Part shown: one piece after another, positions 16,489 through 25,949 of the stretch | How the letters are laid out: every line of letters begins with the position of its first letter | Position numbering within the stretch: position 1 is the stretch's first letter | Virus record (IMG/VR): IMGVR_UViG_2922326829_000003 | Location: 1-42,709 of that record | Length of the DNA: 42,709 bases | From: a virus | Lineage: Duplodnaviria; Heunggongvirae; Uroviricota; Caudoviricetes | Reading direction: 5' to 3' (one strand) | Translations under genes and position numbers: made by a program | Notes under the pieces: model-generated | What the model saw: only the letters and a program-made list of their open reading frames with translations | Told to the model about the DNA's origin: nothing | Databases searched by the model: none

Positions 16489-18201
16489 TTATAACTCATT
16501 TATGGTAAATAAAACATCTCTGTTGTCAAACAGAATATCATCCCCTTCCTGTATCTCATCAGCATATACTACTATTGAATCATGTTCCGCTTCTCTCTTT
16601 ACGATTAATTCGGCATCCTTATCTACTTTGATTGTTTTTCCGTTTTCAAGAGTGATTTCAATGAAATCGTTCGATGAAATATCCTCAGATATAATAGTTG
16701 TTTCAGAGGGATACAAACCCGCTCTTTCCGGAAGAAGAAATCGTTCAAAAATCAAGTCGTATTTTATCGGATCAATTAAAGTTATGCCTAACAAAAATAA
16801 CAGTAGTGAACCAGCAGCTGACCCACGGCCACACCCTACCAATATACCATTTTGTCTTGCCCAGTTGCATGTGTCATACTGCACAAGAAGGTAGTCTACA
16901 TTGTTTGTAGACTCAATGATATATTTTTCATATTCCATTTGTTTCCGGTACTGTTCTTCTTTACCTTTCGGCACCAATCGCTCAAACCCTTCATCTAAAA
17001 GTTGATTAAACATATTATGAGCACTTCCATATTTCCTGGCTTCTTCCAGAGTCAGGTCATATTTAGGCATGAAATTTCGAGTATTGTCAAACCGGGCATT
17101 TGCGTTTTCCAGTATATCCATTGAGTTATCACAACATTCTTGAAATAATGCTGGAATATCCCATTTTTCACTATCAAACAATTGCTCAAACAAACTGTAA
17201 TGATCATCAACATCTTTGTAAAACTGTTCCTCACTTTGTTCGTGAGCAGCGCCTTCTGCGACTTTGTTTAAAATGATTTTATTCTTTGCATCATCTCGGT
17301 CGAGATAATAACAATCGGTCAGAAGTACTGGTGGAAGATCGAATTCTTTATCTTGATATATTTCATCAAAATATAGTTTAGCTGCGTTCAAGACTTTAAC
17401 ATCAATCCTCTCAGCCTTATATTCTGATAAATCAACCTGAAAGAAAACATCAATGAAATTGTCTTGTAAATCCCAGACAGCTTCCTTATTGTCTTTAATC
17501 CAAAAAGAAGAATATTTATTTAAAACAATAATATTTCCATCACCGCGACGAATAAGCTCATCAAATTGAATAGTTTTATCAGAACTATCGACCATAATAG
17601 CCTTTTGAATTCTCAACAGATTTTGCAGCCCTTTCTGCGTCTGCACATAGACTTTAGCTCCAATTTTGTTTTCACCTTCAATGAAATTCAACGAATACCC
17701 AAAGACAAATTTTAGGTTTTTCGCTTCACATTCTTTTTGAAGGTTAAAGCAGGCAGCCATGGTATTCTGGTCACATATTCCAATACCAGGATGTCTGCAA
17801 AATTGTGCTTTTTCTACCCATGACTTCGGCATAAAGCTTCCATTAAGCAATTCATAGGGGGTGTGGATACCCAAGTTTGCATATTCAAACTGTTGTGATG
17901 GTGGTACTTTTTCACCAATATACTTTAGAATATTAAGCTTGAAATCTTTGCGTAAATCTGTATAATAGAAATTATTGCCAAATTTAAAAACAGCATAATT
18001 AATACCTTCTTCAATTAATACAGATGGCTGTTCCATGCTGTTAAATACCAGAGCGCCATCTTTATTTTTTTTAAAAATAGATTGGATTTTATCGGTATCT
18101 TCAAAAAACATTTTTCCAAAACCGATTATTTCAATTACTTCATCATCAATCACTTTATATGAAACCTTATTAGTGATCAACCATTCTATCAATTCTTTCA
18201 T
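16489..18201 (-). CDS. dnaE: DNA polymerase III alpha (DnaE) N-terminal half (PHP domain) ending in an intein-N-like segment
   Basis: HTPYELLNGS, GICD, DCYYL, GCGRGSAAGSL, DPIKYDLIFERFLLPER; last 75 aa Hint-like. Confidence 0.9.
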   Translation of the reverse strand: MKELIEWLITNKVSYKVIDDEVIEIIGFGKMFFEDTDKIQSIFKKNKDGALVFNSMEQPSVLIEEGINYAVFKFGNNFYYTDLRKDFKLNILKYIGEKVPPSQQFEYANLGIHTPYELLNGSFMPKSWVEKAQFCRHPGIGICDQNTMAACFNLQKECEAKNLKFVFGYSLNFIEGENKIGAKVYVQTQKGLQNLLRIQKAIMVDSSDKTIQFDELIRRGDGNIIVLNKYSSFWIKDNKEAVWDLQDNFIDVFFQVDLSEYKAERIDVKVLNAAKLYFDEIYQDKEFDLPPVLLTDCYYLDRDDAKNKIILNKVAEGAAHEQSEEQFYKDVDDHYSLFEQLFDSEKWDIPALFQECCDNSMDILENANARFDNTRNFMPKYDLTLEEARKYGSAHNMFNQLLDEGFERLVPKGKEEQYRKQMEYEKYIIESTNNVDYLLVQYDTCNWARQNGILVGCGRGSAAGSLLLFLLGITLIDPIKYDLIFERFLLPERAGLYPSETTIISEDISSNDFIEITLENGKTIKVDKDAELIVKREAEHDSIVVYADEIQEGDDILFDNRDVLFTINEL

Positions 18202-19238
18202 AACTGAATAGTGTTTAATTTATATTCCACTGGGGTCTTTAAGTTTGAAGAAAAGACATCATAAATATCCCAAAAATCCATACTATCAAAATCGGCATCT
18301 GGAAGGTCAATATACGCTATAAAAGTGTCGAAATACTCATTCAACTGCATTGCAGTGTTATTTATAGCCTCAACTGCATCACCATCATATCCGAGAACAA
18401 CGGTTTTTACACCCTTTGTTTGTAGTTTGTAGATTTGAGTTTGTGAGATTTTCTTTCCGAAAGTCGCAACAACGGCAACTCGCTCATTGTCATACAATTC
18501 AAGCTTACGAGTCAAAGCAACAACATCAAATACTCCTTCAACAATGATTACAGTGTCTGTTTCATCTTCAATCACACTATCGTAGTTATACAATAGTTTT
18601 GAAAAATCATTTTCCATACTGTTGTTGTATCGCCTGATTTCATATTTACCAGCTCGTCTTGCTTTCCGGTTGTAGTCTTCAATTTTATCTTTCGACCAGA
18701 TATGTCTTGATATATACCCTACAATATCACCATTATCAATAATGGGGAATACTACATAATTCTCAAATTTAAAATTCAAACCACGCGTAGTGCCAACTGG
18801 GAAATAATCATAGTCATCGCTTGTAAATCCACGTTCTTTTAGGTAAGGATTCTTAAAGCATTTCTTCCACCCTTCAGGCATTTCTACAACAGATAACTCA
18901 TCGTCAATTTCGTTTTCATCATCCAACTGAAAGAAAGGGTTTTGTTCAGTTATTGGTCGAAAATCAGCAGTTTCAACCAGTTTCAAATCCGAACGGCCAA
19001 TATCTTCCAGTAGTTGATTGATGTCTTTTGTTGTATGCCCACACGAAAAACAGTGACTAACAAACAGCTTTTTCTTATCAGTTTCTTTGCCAATATATAT
19101 GCCAAATTTTCCACCTTCTTTGCCGCAATAAGGGCATCTGGGAGCAATAAGATTTTTATTACCCCCATCAGGTTTAGCGTGCAACTCTATTGACAATTCA
19201 CTAATAAGATGCTCTCTATCTTGTTTCGTAATAACCAT
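18198..19238 (-). CDS. DNA primase (Zn finger plus TOPRIM)
   Basis: CPYC...HCFSC; IIVEGVFD; VLGYDGDA. Confidence 0.85.
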   Translation of the reverse strand: MVITKQDREHLISELSIELHAKPDGGNKNLIAPRCPYCGKEGGKFGIYIGKETDKKKLFVSHCFSCGHTTKDINQLLEDIGRSDLKLVETADFRPITEQNPFFQLDDENEIDDELSVVEMPEGWKKCFKNPYLKERGFTSDDYDYFPVGTTRGLNFKFENYVVFPIIDNGDIVGYISRHIWSKDKIEDYNRKARRAGKYEIRRYNNSMENDFSKLLYNYDSVIEDETDTVIIVEGVFDVVALTRKLELYDNERVAVVATFGKKISQTQIYKLQTKGVKTVVLGYDGDAVEAINNTAMQLNEYFDTFIAYIDLPDADFDSMDFWDIYDVFSSNLKTPVEYKLNTIQL

Positions 19239-19245
19239 AATGCAA

Positions 19246-20604
19246 CTAATTTACTTTGTTGAGATTTAGTGTTCTAACAGGATCATAAAATTGTTCGGAG
19301 TTGTAGTCTGTTGCAATTTTAAATGGCTCTCCTTTTTCAAAAAAACGACTTTTAGCAACATAGAGCCGCATAACTCGTTCTTTTCTTTCTCGGTCGCTCT
19401 GATTTAAAGTAATCAGATGTGTCATTGGACGAGCCAGACCTTTCGCTTCAGCGCAATTATATTCGGTAAGAACATTTTTCTCATCATTCAGCCAGTCCCT
19501 ATTTTCTATAGTCGCTTGATATGTTCCGACCATCCAAACTTTCTCGTCCGCAGCTAAATCTTTCAAATCATTAGCCACAGCTATTCTTTGATGCCGGGTG
19601 CCATTCTCGCTCCATTTTTTGCCGCTGGAATCAGTAAGCAAGTCTATCGAATCAATTATCACCACATCTGGGTTAATACCATATCTTTTCCTAAATTCGC
19701 CAATACCATTTTTTACATCAATGGTAGAAACTTTGGTATTGAATTTTGGATAAGACTTAACAAACAACGCCCCGGATACAGATTGAATCATTTCTTCCAT
19801 TTTGGCGATATCCGCATCACGCAATGTGCCAGTTTCATAACGAAATGTGTTGCAAGCAACCAATGATGCGGAATAAGCATTAGCAACTTCATCTTCACTT
19901 CCTTCTAACTGAAAATGGAGAACATTGAGCCCATCGATTTGACAAGCGCATTTTCCAATCCATCTGGCCGCATGACTTTTACCAACTCCGGTAGGTGCAA
20001 GAAAACAGGACAGCTGTGTTCTTAGTTCCCTGCCTTCATTCATTACATCAAGGTCATCTATGTAAAATCTGGTAATCGGAGATAATTTGTTTTCTGAATT
20101 ATGTCTTTGCCTGTTTGCTTTGAATCTTTGTCCAAATGTTCCCAACACATCAATGAATTCCGATGACCTCAAACTGAACGAGTTAACCCAGTCAACGTAT
20201 TCGTGCATTTTATCAGAAGAGCCTTTATGATCTTGTTGTACGAAAAGTTTTCCAACTTCCTGATACATTTTTTGGAACCTTACTTGCTTAATATATTCTT
20301 CTAACTGCTCTAATAGAACTTCAGATTCTATTGGAGAAGCAGTGTCATAAATATCTTCTAATAATATGGATGCACCTCTATTGCTCACCATCATTTGTTT
20401 CAAAACGCTATATGATGGAGATTTTTTGTATGATTGAAAATACTCACAGAGATAATTATGCAATGCCTGAAAGTCCCGGTCTGGAAGATATTCTTTTTTT
20501 AAATGCTCTGAAACAACCCCAAGTATGTAGTCGTTTTCCATACAGGTCATAAACAGGTCCATAAGAAACTCCGGCGTTAACACATTATTCTTTTGGTTTG
20601 CCAT
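19246..20604 (-). CDS. replicative DnaB-like (SF4) helicase
   Basis: APTGVGKS Walker A; FQLEGS; VIIDSIDL; YQAT; VAKSR. Confidence 0.85.
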   Translation of the reverse strand: MANQKNNVLTPEFLMDLFMTCMENDYILGVVSEHLKKEYLPDRDFQALHNYLCEYFQSYKKSPSYSVLKQMMVSNRGASILLEDIYDTASPIESEVLLEQLEEYIKQVRFQKMYQEVGKLFVQQDHKGSSDKMHEYVDWVNSFSLRSSEFIDVLGTFGQRFKANRQRHNSENKLSPITRFYIDDLDVMNEGRELRTQLSCFLAPTGVGKSHAARWIGKCACQIDGLNVLHFQLEGSEDEVANAYSASLVACNTFRYETGTLRDADIAKMEEMIQSVSGALFVKSYPKFNTKVSTIDVKNGIGEFRKRYGINPDVVIIDSIDLLTDSSGKKWSENGTRHQRIAVANDLKDLAADEKVWMVGTYQATIENRDWLNDEKNVLTEYNCAEAKGLARPMTHLITLNQSDRERKERVMRLYVAKSRFFEKGEPFKIATDYNSEQFYDPVRTLNLNKVN

Positions 20605-21178
20605 ATTCTAAACGAATTCGATAAAGTTCGGGATACTTACTTTGCGTTTCCTTCTTACAATCCTGTTGGAAATTACACTGTTCACACGTTTCTGAAACAG
20701 GGCTCCAACCAAGTGTGGATGTCTGGCAAAGCAAGTACCCAATCTTTTGGTTTAACAGTCTCTTTTTAGTGCTCTCTTCAGACAAAACATGAATGTATTT
20801 TGCCTGTGGATGCTCTTTTCTGTCAGCTATTAGGTTGTATAAATAATCCCTTGTTAATTGAGCTTCGGACAACCAATTATCTTCGTAATACACCTTTCCT
20901 TGCTTAGACTCTCTAAATCGGGTTTGTGATTTTGGGCCAAAAACTTGCTGTATGGTCCACTTTTCCCTTTCCCGAAAAGTATGAGCTGCACATATACAGA
21001 AATCTACAAGACGCTCTTTTGTAATTATTCCGTATTCTTTTTCGAATTCGTCTAAAAATTTGGAGATAGCGCGGATGGTTATACCTCCTTGCGAAAAACG
21101 GAAGGACTTATCAACCAACCGGGTCACTATCTCCGTATAAACGGTCATTACTTGTTTAATTTGTCTTTCTCTTGCCAT
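20585..21178 (-). CDS. hypothetical replication-associated protein
   Basis: 197 aa overlapping both neighbours; C-terminal C..STL.W...S..C..C...C cluster. Confidence 0.7.
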   Translation of the reverse strand: MARERQIKQVMTVYTEIVTRLVDKSFRFSQGGITIRAISKFLDEFEKEYGIITKERLVDFCICAAHTFREREKWTIQQVFGPKSQTRFRESKQGKVYYEDNWLSEAQLTRDYLYNLIADRKEHPQAKYIHVLSEESTKKRLLNQKIGYLLCQTSTLGWSPVSETCEQCNFQQDCKKETQSKYPELYRIRLEYGKPKE

Positions 21179-21779
21179 CTCTTGTTAGGTGATTCTTTAG
21201 ATGTTGACGAGCAAGGAATAATCTACTTTTAACCGTTTCTATATTGCGAGATTTTAATGTCCCCTTCTTAAACTCAATTTCAGCTATTTCTTTCAATGAA
21301 TAACCTGCTTCCTGAAGGAGAAAAGCATCTCTATGAATACTTTTCATCCCGTTTAAAACAGAGAGAATGTCATCGTTGTATAATTCTTTATAATTATCGA
21401 CACCCATCGTATTTCCACTTACTTCGCTATCACTAAAAACAGAATCAGCGTACATTTCAATGTCCTGATCATAGTTGTTAATATCAAGTTGTTTTCTTTT
21501 CCTCTCTATTTCGGCAATTTGCCGTTTAGTGACAATATGTAGCCAAGTAAGTATAGAGCGATTTGGGTCGTAGGTTTCAATTCTACGATAAAAGTTCACA
21601 AGAACCTCTGTGTAATTTTCTTCTACGTTAGCTGAATTGTAGGTGTAGTTGATGCACAACTTATACACCATATTTAAGTAAGGGGTAACGTATTTTTCAA
21701 ATAATGAATTTCTTCGTTCAGCAACTTTAGGGTCTAATTCTGGATCGGTGATTGTTGCTCCGCATATCTGTTCTTCCAC
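21156..21779 (-). CDS. phage RNA polymerase sigma factor (sigma-70 ECF-like)
   Basis: Region 2 LFEKYV.PYL..VY...EE..E.L..FY..I..YD..RS..TWLH.V; region 4 RDAFLL...GYSLKEIA...TVKSRLFLAR. Confidence 0.82.
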   Translation of the reverse strand: MEEQICGATITDPELDPKVAERRNSLFEKYVTPYLNMVYKLCINYTYNSANVEENYTEVLVNFYRRIETYDPNRSILTWLHIVTKRQIAEIERKRKQLDINNYDQDIEMYADSVFSDSEVSGNTMGVDNYKELYNDDILSVLNGMKSIHRDAFLLQEAGYSLKEIAEIEFKKGTLKSRNIETVKSRLFLARQHLKNHLTRDGKRKTN

Positions 21780-22015
21780 GACTGGCCTACCTCTTTGTTA
21801 AACAATAGAGATGCTTCTTCAGTCAATTGATGGGCTTTGCAGTATCCTTTCCAATGTTTTTCCCTTATTTTGAATTCTGTACGAACTTGCTCATTAGATG
21901 GTTTTTCTTCTTGTTCCAAAAACTCATAGAAACCCATCAATAATTCTGCAAGGACATTAAAATGTTTCTGTGATTCGCGAGCTTGTGCTCGTCGATTTCG
22001 TCTCGCTATACTCAT
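21734..22015 (-). CDS. hypothetical protein
   Basis: 93-aa ORF overlapping the sigma factor start. Confidence 0.65.
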   Translation of the reverse strand: MSIARRNRRAQARESQKHFNVLAELLMGFYEFLEQEEKPSNEQVRTEFKIREKHWKGYCKAHQLTEEASLLFNKEVGQSWKNRYAEQQSPIQN

Positions 22016-22027
22016 TACGATTTACTT

Positions 22028-22531
22028 TTATAGATTAAATTTCCTTATATAATACATAAAGATGTGTGTTGCATCTGCTTCATTGTCATCCACCGGGTTT
22101 GTCTTCCAGCGCGTTTTGCAAAAATCAACCATCATCTTTTTGTCAGCATTGCCATTTCCAGTAGCCCATTTTTTTACTGTTCTGAGGTTTAAGAATATTG
22201 GCTCTGGCAAATCCAAGCTGTCGCATATTTCAAACAGTATGCCTCTGAATTCTGATAACTTCCGAGATGACGCGAACTCTTTACTTGATCTTCCGCAATT
22301 CACGTCCTCTGCGACAATTACTTTAATGTTATGATTGGTTATAAACTCAATTAGCGTGTCCCGGAATGCCTTATGCTGTTTATTGTTGTTTCTGCGCATA
22401 CTTTCCGAGAAATCCCAAGTTCCGCTTCCATGAGTTGAATAATATCCTGTATGGGTTGCAATATCCAAACCCAGAACATTATCCCGTGTTATTTTGGAAT
22501 TTTCTGCCTTGTCTCCATGATTAGTTTTCAT
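22028..22531 (-). CDS. RuvC-like Holliday junction resolvase
   Basis: LGLDIA..TG; IVAED; VKKWATGNGNADK; DDNEADA. Confidence 0.85.
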   Translation of the reverse strand: MKTNHGDKAENSKITRDNVLGLDIATHTGYYSTHGSGTWDFSESMRRNNNKQHKAFRDTLIEFITNHNIKVIVAEDVNCGRSSKEFASSRKLSEFRGILFEICDSLDLPEPIFLNLRTVKKWATGNGNADKKMMVDFCKTRWKTNPVDDNEADATHIFMYYIRKFNL

Positions 22532-24854
22532 TTATAAATGATACACCGTTTTTCTTATTCACAATTAATCTATGTGGGTAGTTCTCGGCAATGTTGCCAT
22601 GGCTAACCACCAATGATGTAATCTGGAGGGAATTTAGTGCTTCGAATATATTAGCTAAACCGGATTCATCTGTGGCTTCCAAGATTTCATCCAATACTAA
22701 TAAGTCGAGACCTTTGCCGTCCTCGCAACTTACATTAGTCAATTTGTGCATAGCAAGAATATTGGCCAGGTTAACACGAGCCTTTTCTCCTTCTGAGAAT
22801 TTGTCAAATGAGCCGCAATCAATACCGTTCCGGATAAGGGAAATAGAAATCTTATCGCGGACTTTACCTGTTTTTAGTACAGTATAGCCACTGAAACGAA
22901 TCCTAATATCACTCCCAATTTGTTCCAAAAATTTATTGGTCATTTCTCCCAAGGCATCTATTTTACTGTTTGCCAGATGCGTTTTAAATTCAAGAAATCG
23001 ACGTTCTTGTGCTTTTAGCTCATTTACTTTATCTTCATGCTTACGTTTGTCTGAATTAGATTCTTCAAGTTTTTTTTCATACTCTTTTAAGCTTTCTTTC
23101 AACTGAGAGACCAAAGATTCTTCTTTAACGACATCCAAATCTTTTATTGATTTCTGGAAGGTAGCAATAGAACCATTGCTTGTCGAAATATTAAGCTCTT
23201 GCTGTTCAATTTGAGATTCAGACTCTTTTGTCAATCTGTCTACAATGCCAAACGCAGAGTCAAACATATCATCTAATACACGGTCAAGTTTGTCTTCGAT
23301 CTGTTTTAATTTTCCATTAACAGTATCATTTTTTTCTTTTAATGATTGATGATTTTCGTTAAGTTTATTGACATCAATGCCCTTTACTCGAAGCTTTTCA
23401 TACTCTTTATCTAACTCATTTGACAATTCTTTTTGGTTGGAAGTAATTTGAGTTTTGTTATCAGCAAATTCCTTTATATCAGCCTCTTTCTTTGTGTATT
23501 TACCAGAGAGCACTTGAAGATTTTTCTCCGATTTTTCAATCAGTACTTTTGTTGCTATGATATCAACATCTGGATCAAGAACGAAAGTGTGTTTGCATTT
23601 AGGACAAACAATCTCTCCCGCAATCTTATTTTTTAATTCAGTAATTTGTTTCTTGATCTGCTGTTGCTGTTTGTTTATGTCTTCCAGCTCACTCTCTGCT
23701 TTATCGGCTTTTTCTTTTGCAAGAGACAGTTCTTTTTTGAGTTGGTTTACTTTTTCCGTATTTAAAGCCTCAAAAGAAAAGTAGTTTTTACGAATAACTT
23801 CGAGTTCCTTTTTTGCTTTTTCGTATTCAACTAAAGCTTGTTCTGCCTTATCGGTTACTAATTCTTGTTCTTTCTGTATTTCAACCAATTCGTCAGAAAG
23901 TTCTTTTGATTTCTCACTCCAATCCTCAAATCCAGCAATTTCGTTCTTTTCAAATATCAACCGAATTGAATTATAGCTATCCAACAAAGAAAGACTCTCA
24001 TCGCCTTCTATGTTAATGATTGAATTGTAAGTGTCGTCCAATACTGACAAACGATTTTTGTGAGACCTAATCATTAGATTTGCCCCCTCAATAATCTTTT
24101 TCTTGTTTTCGACAGCTTCTTCCAGCTCTTTCTTTCGCTGGGCTTTATTTGTTTTGTTGGCAGCCTCATCGTCATTCGCTTTGACGATTTGTTCCTCGAT
24201 AGCGGTAATACTACCTTCAATAGAGGAGACTTTAAGTTCAGCTGCTCTCAACAATCCCACTTCAGGGTCTAAATCTTTGTTTAATGCGTCAATGGCATCA
24301 TCGACAATTATAGCATTCGAGAAACGGTTGATGATCTCCTTTTTGTCTTTATCAGGACTGGAAAGGAAACATTGGAATTTGTGTTTACTTAAAATGAAAT
24401 TGCTGAAAATATCATCTTTAGATAAGCCAATTTTCCCAAGGATATATTTATTGTATTCAGAAACACCTGATTGCTTGGTTTCTTCTGATTCAACCTCTTT
24501 CCCATTTTTACAAATACGACACTCAATCTGTTGGGGGTTTTTCCTATAAAATGTTCTTTCAACAATAAAATCCTCCCCAGACAAACTATTGTGGAAAACA
24601 GCCTTAACAAAAGCATTTTCAGATGAATCGTTTATTATTTCATCTATCTTGACTTTCCTTAAAGGTTCGCCGGTAAAAGCAATCGAAATAGCTTCCAATA
24701 AAGCAGATTTTCCCGACCCATTAGAACCTTGTGAGTCATTATCCATATTATTACCAAATACAAGGGTGGTAACACCTTGCGTAAGGTTATAAGCAAGCTC
24801 TTTAAATGCTGCTATATTCTCTGCTGTTATATTAGTTAATGACCACATATTCAA
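22521..24854 (-). CDS. SbcC/Rad50-like ATPase (T4 gp46-like)
   Basis: GSNGSGKS Walker A; coiled coil with CPKC zinc hook; FSEGEK signature; LVLDE Walker B; VSH. Confidence 0.9.
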   Translation of the reverse strand: MNMWSLTNITAENIAAFKELAYNLTQGVTTLVFGNNMDNDSQGSNGSGKSALLEAISIAFTGEPLRKVKIDEIINDSSENAFVKAVFHNSLSGEDFIVERTFYRKNPQQIECRICKNGKEVESEETKQSGVSEYNKYILGKIGLSKDDIFSNFILSKHKFQCFLSSPDKDKKEIINRFSNAIIVDDAIDALNKDLDPEVGLLRAAELKVSSIEGSITAIEEQIVKANDDEAANKTNKAQRKKELEEAVENKKKIIEGANLMIRSHKNRLSVLDDTYNSIINIEGDESLSLLDSYNSIRLIFEKNEIAGFEDWSEKSKELSDELVEIQKEQELVTDKAEQALVEYEKAKKELEVIRKNYFSFEALNTEKVNQLKKELSLAKEKADKAESELEDINKQQQQIKKQITELKNKIAGEIVCPKCKHTFVLDPDVDIIATKVLIEKSEKNLQVLSGKYTKKEADIKEFADNKTQITSNQKELSNELDKEYEKLRVKGIDVNKLNENHQSLKEKNDTVNGKLKQIEDKLDRVLDDMFDSAFGIVDRLTKESESQIEQQELNISTSNGSIATFQKSIKDLDVVKEESLVSQLKESLKEYEKKLEESNSDKRKHEDKVNELKAQERRFLEFKTHLANSKIDALGEMTNKFLEQIGSDIRIRFSGYTVLKTGKVRDKISISLIRNGIDCGSFDKFSEGEKARVNLANILAMHKLTNVSCEDGKGLDLLVLDEILEATDESGLANIFEALNSLQITSLVVSHGNIAENYPHRLIVNKKNGVSFINEN

Positions 24855-25894
24855 TTAATTTTATCGAGGTACTTTAGACCCAATTCAACATTAAGGAATT
24901 CTTTTTGCTCACAAAAGCTGGTGTATTCTTTTTTGATACCTAATTTATCAAACTTGGACTCCAGTGTTGCTTGCTGACATACACCCGGAAGAACATCATC
25001 TGTAACAATATCAATCTTTGACACGCCAGCGGAAAGCAATTTGCTTTTATCTACCAATGAGGCTTCTGCTGCACTACAATTGATTTTAGTTTTAATGAGG
25101 TATTGAGGGTTTTTAGCAAGTACTGTAACTTCGGCCAGCATTGCATCATTTATTTGCTTAGATGTAAGCTCAAAAACCTTATAGCGAATATTTACTTTGT
25201 TTTTGATGAACTTTGTACTCCCATCGGAATAAAGCAAGGTGTACCCCTTCTCTTCATCTTCTCCAAAATTATGTTGACGGGAAGAGCCGATGTATTCGAT
25301 ATTTGTATTTTTGATTTTACAACGATTGTGATAATGCCCAACCAGCACCTTGTCGAAATCTTTAAATGCTTTGGTTGGCAATTCATTATCTGTGGCTACA
25401 GCCAACGCTCCATTAATTCCTTGGTGTGCGTACAATATATTATAACGAGATTTATCAAGATTGGCGATAATGCAATTTAATCTATCTATACAGCTTCCGT
25501 TCTCAGGGAAATAGCTCATTATATAGAGTGAAACATCATCATAATCATAGCACTTCACATCATCTATTGCAAACACACCTGGATATTGATCGAAAACATG
25601 ACTGTATCCATAAATAGATTCTTGATCAACCTTACAGTGATTCCCTTCCGATAATGTCACATCAATACCTAATTTATTGCTTCTCATAAAAGCATCGCGG
25701 ACGGCCAATAATGTACTCAACGTTTGCGATGAACGACTTTGCCATAAATCACCTCCAACGATTAAGTCAGGAATCCCCTCCTTTTGACATATTGATAAAG
25801 CCTCGTCCCAATTCTTATGAAATTCTGGAATATTATCTTTGCTGACATGCACATCATTGATCAATAATGCACATGGTACTTTGTTTTCTACCAT
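24851..25894 (-). CDS. SbcD/Mre11-like nuclease (T4 gp47-like)
   Basis: NDVH, GGDLW, EGNH, AHQG, GHYH metallophosphoesterase motifs. Confidence 0.88.
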   Translation of the reverse strand: MVENKVPCALLINDVHVSKDNIPEFHKNWDEALSICQKEGIPDLIVGGDLWQSRSSQTLSTLLAVRDAFMRSNKLGIDVTLSEGNHCKVDQESIYGYSHVFDQYPGVFAIDDVKCYDYDDVSLYIMSYFPENGSCIDRLNCIIANLDKSRYNILYAHQGINGALAVATDNELPTKAFKDFDKVLVGHYHNRCKIKNTNIEYIGSSRQHNFGEDEEKGYTLLYSDGSTKFIKNKVNIRYKVFELTSKQINDAMLAEVTVLAKNPQYLIKTKINCSAAEASLVDKSKLLSAGVSKIDIVTDDVLPGVCQQATLESKFDKLGIKKEYTSFCEQKEFLNVELGLKYLDKIN

Positions 25895-25949
25895 AAATCA
25901 TTTAGGATTAGGGCACGCCAACTTAATGACGTGCCCATATTGGGATTAA

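Noticed and set aside
25911-25936. GGGCACG/CGTGCCC hairpin between ssb and sbcD
   Set aside because: No U-tract on either strand; at most a processing or stability hairpin, not called as a terminator.
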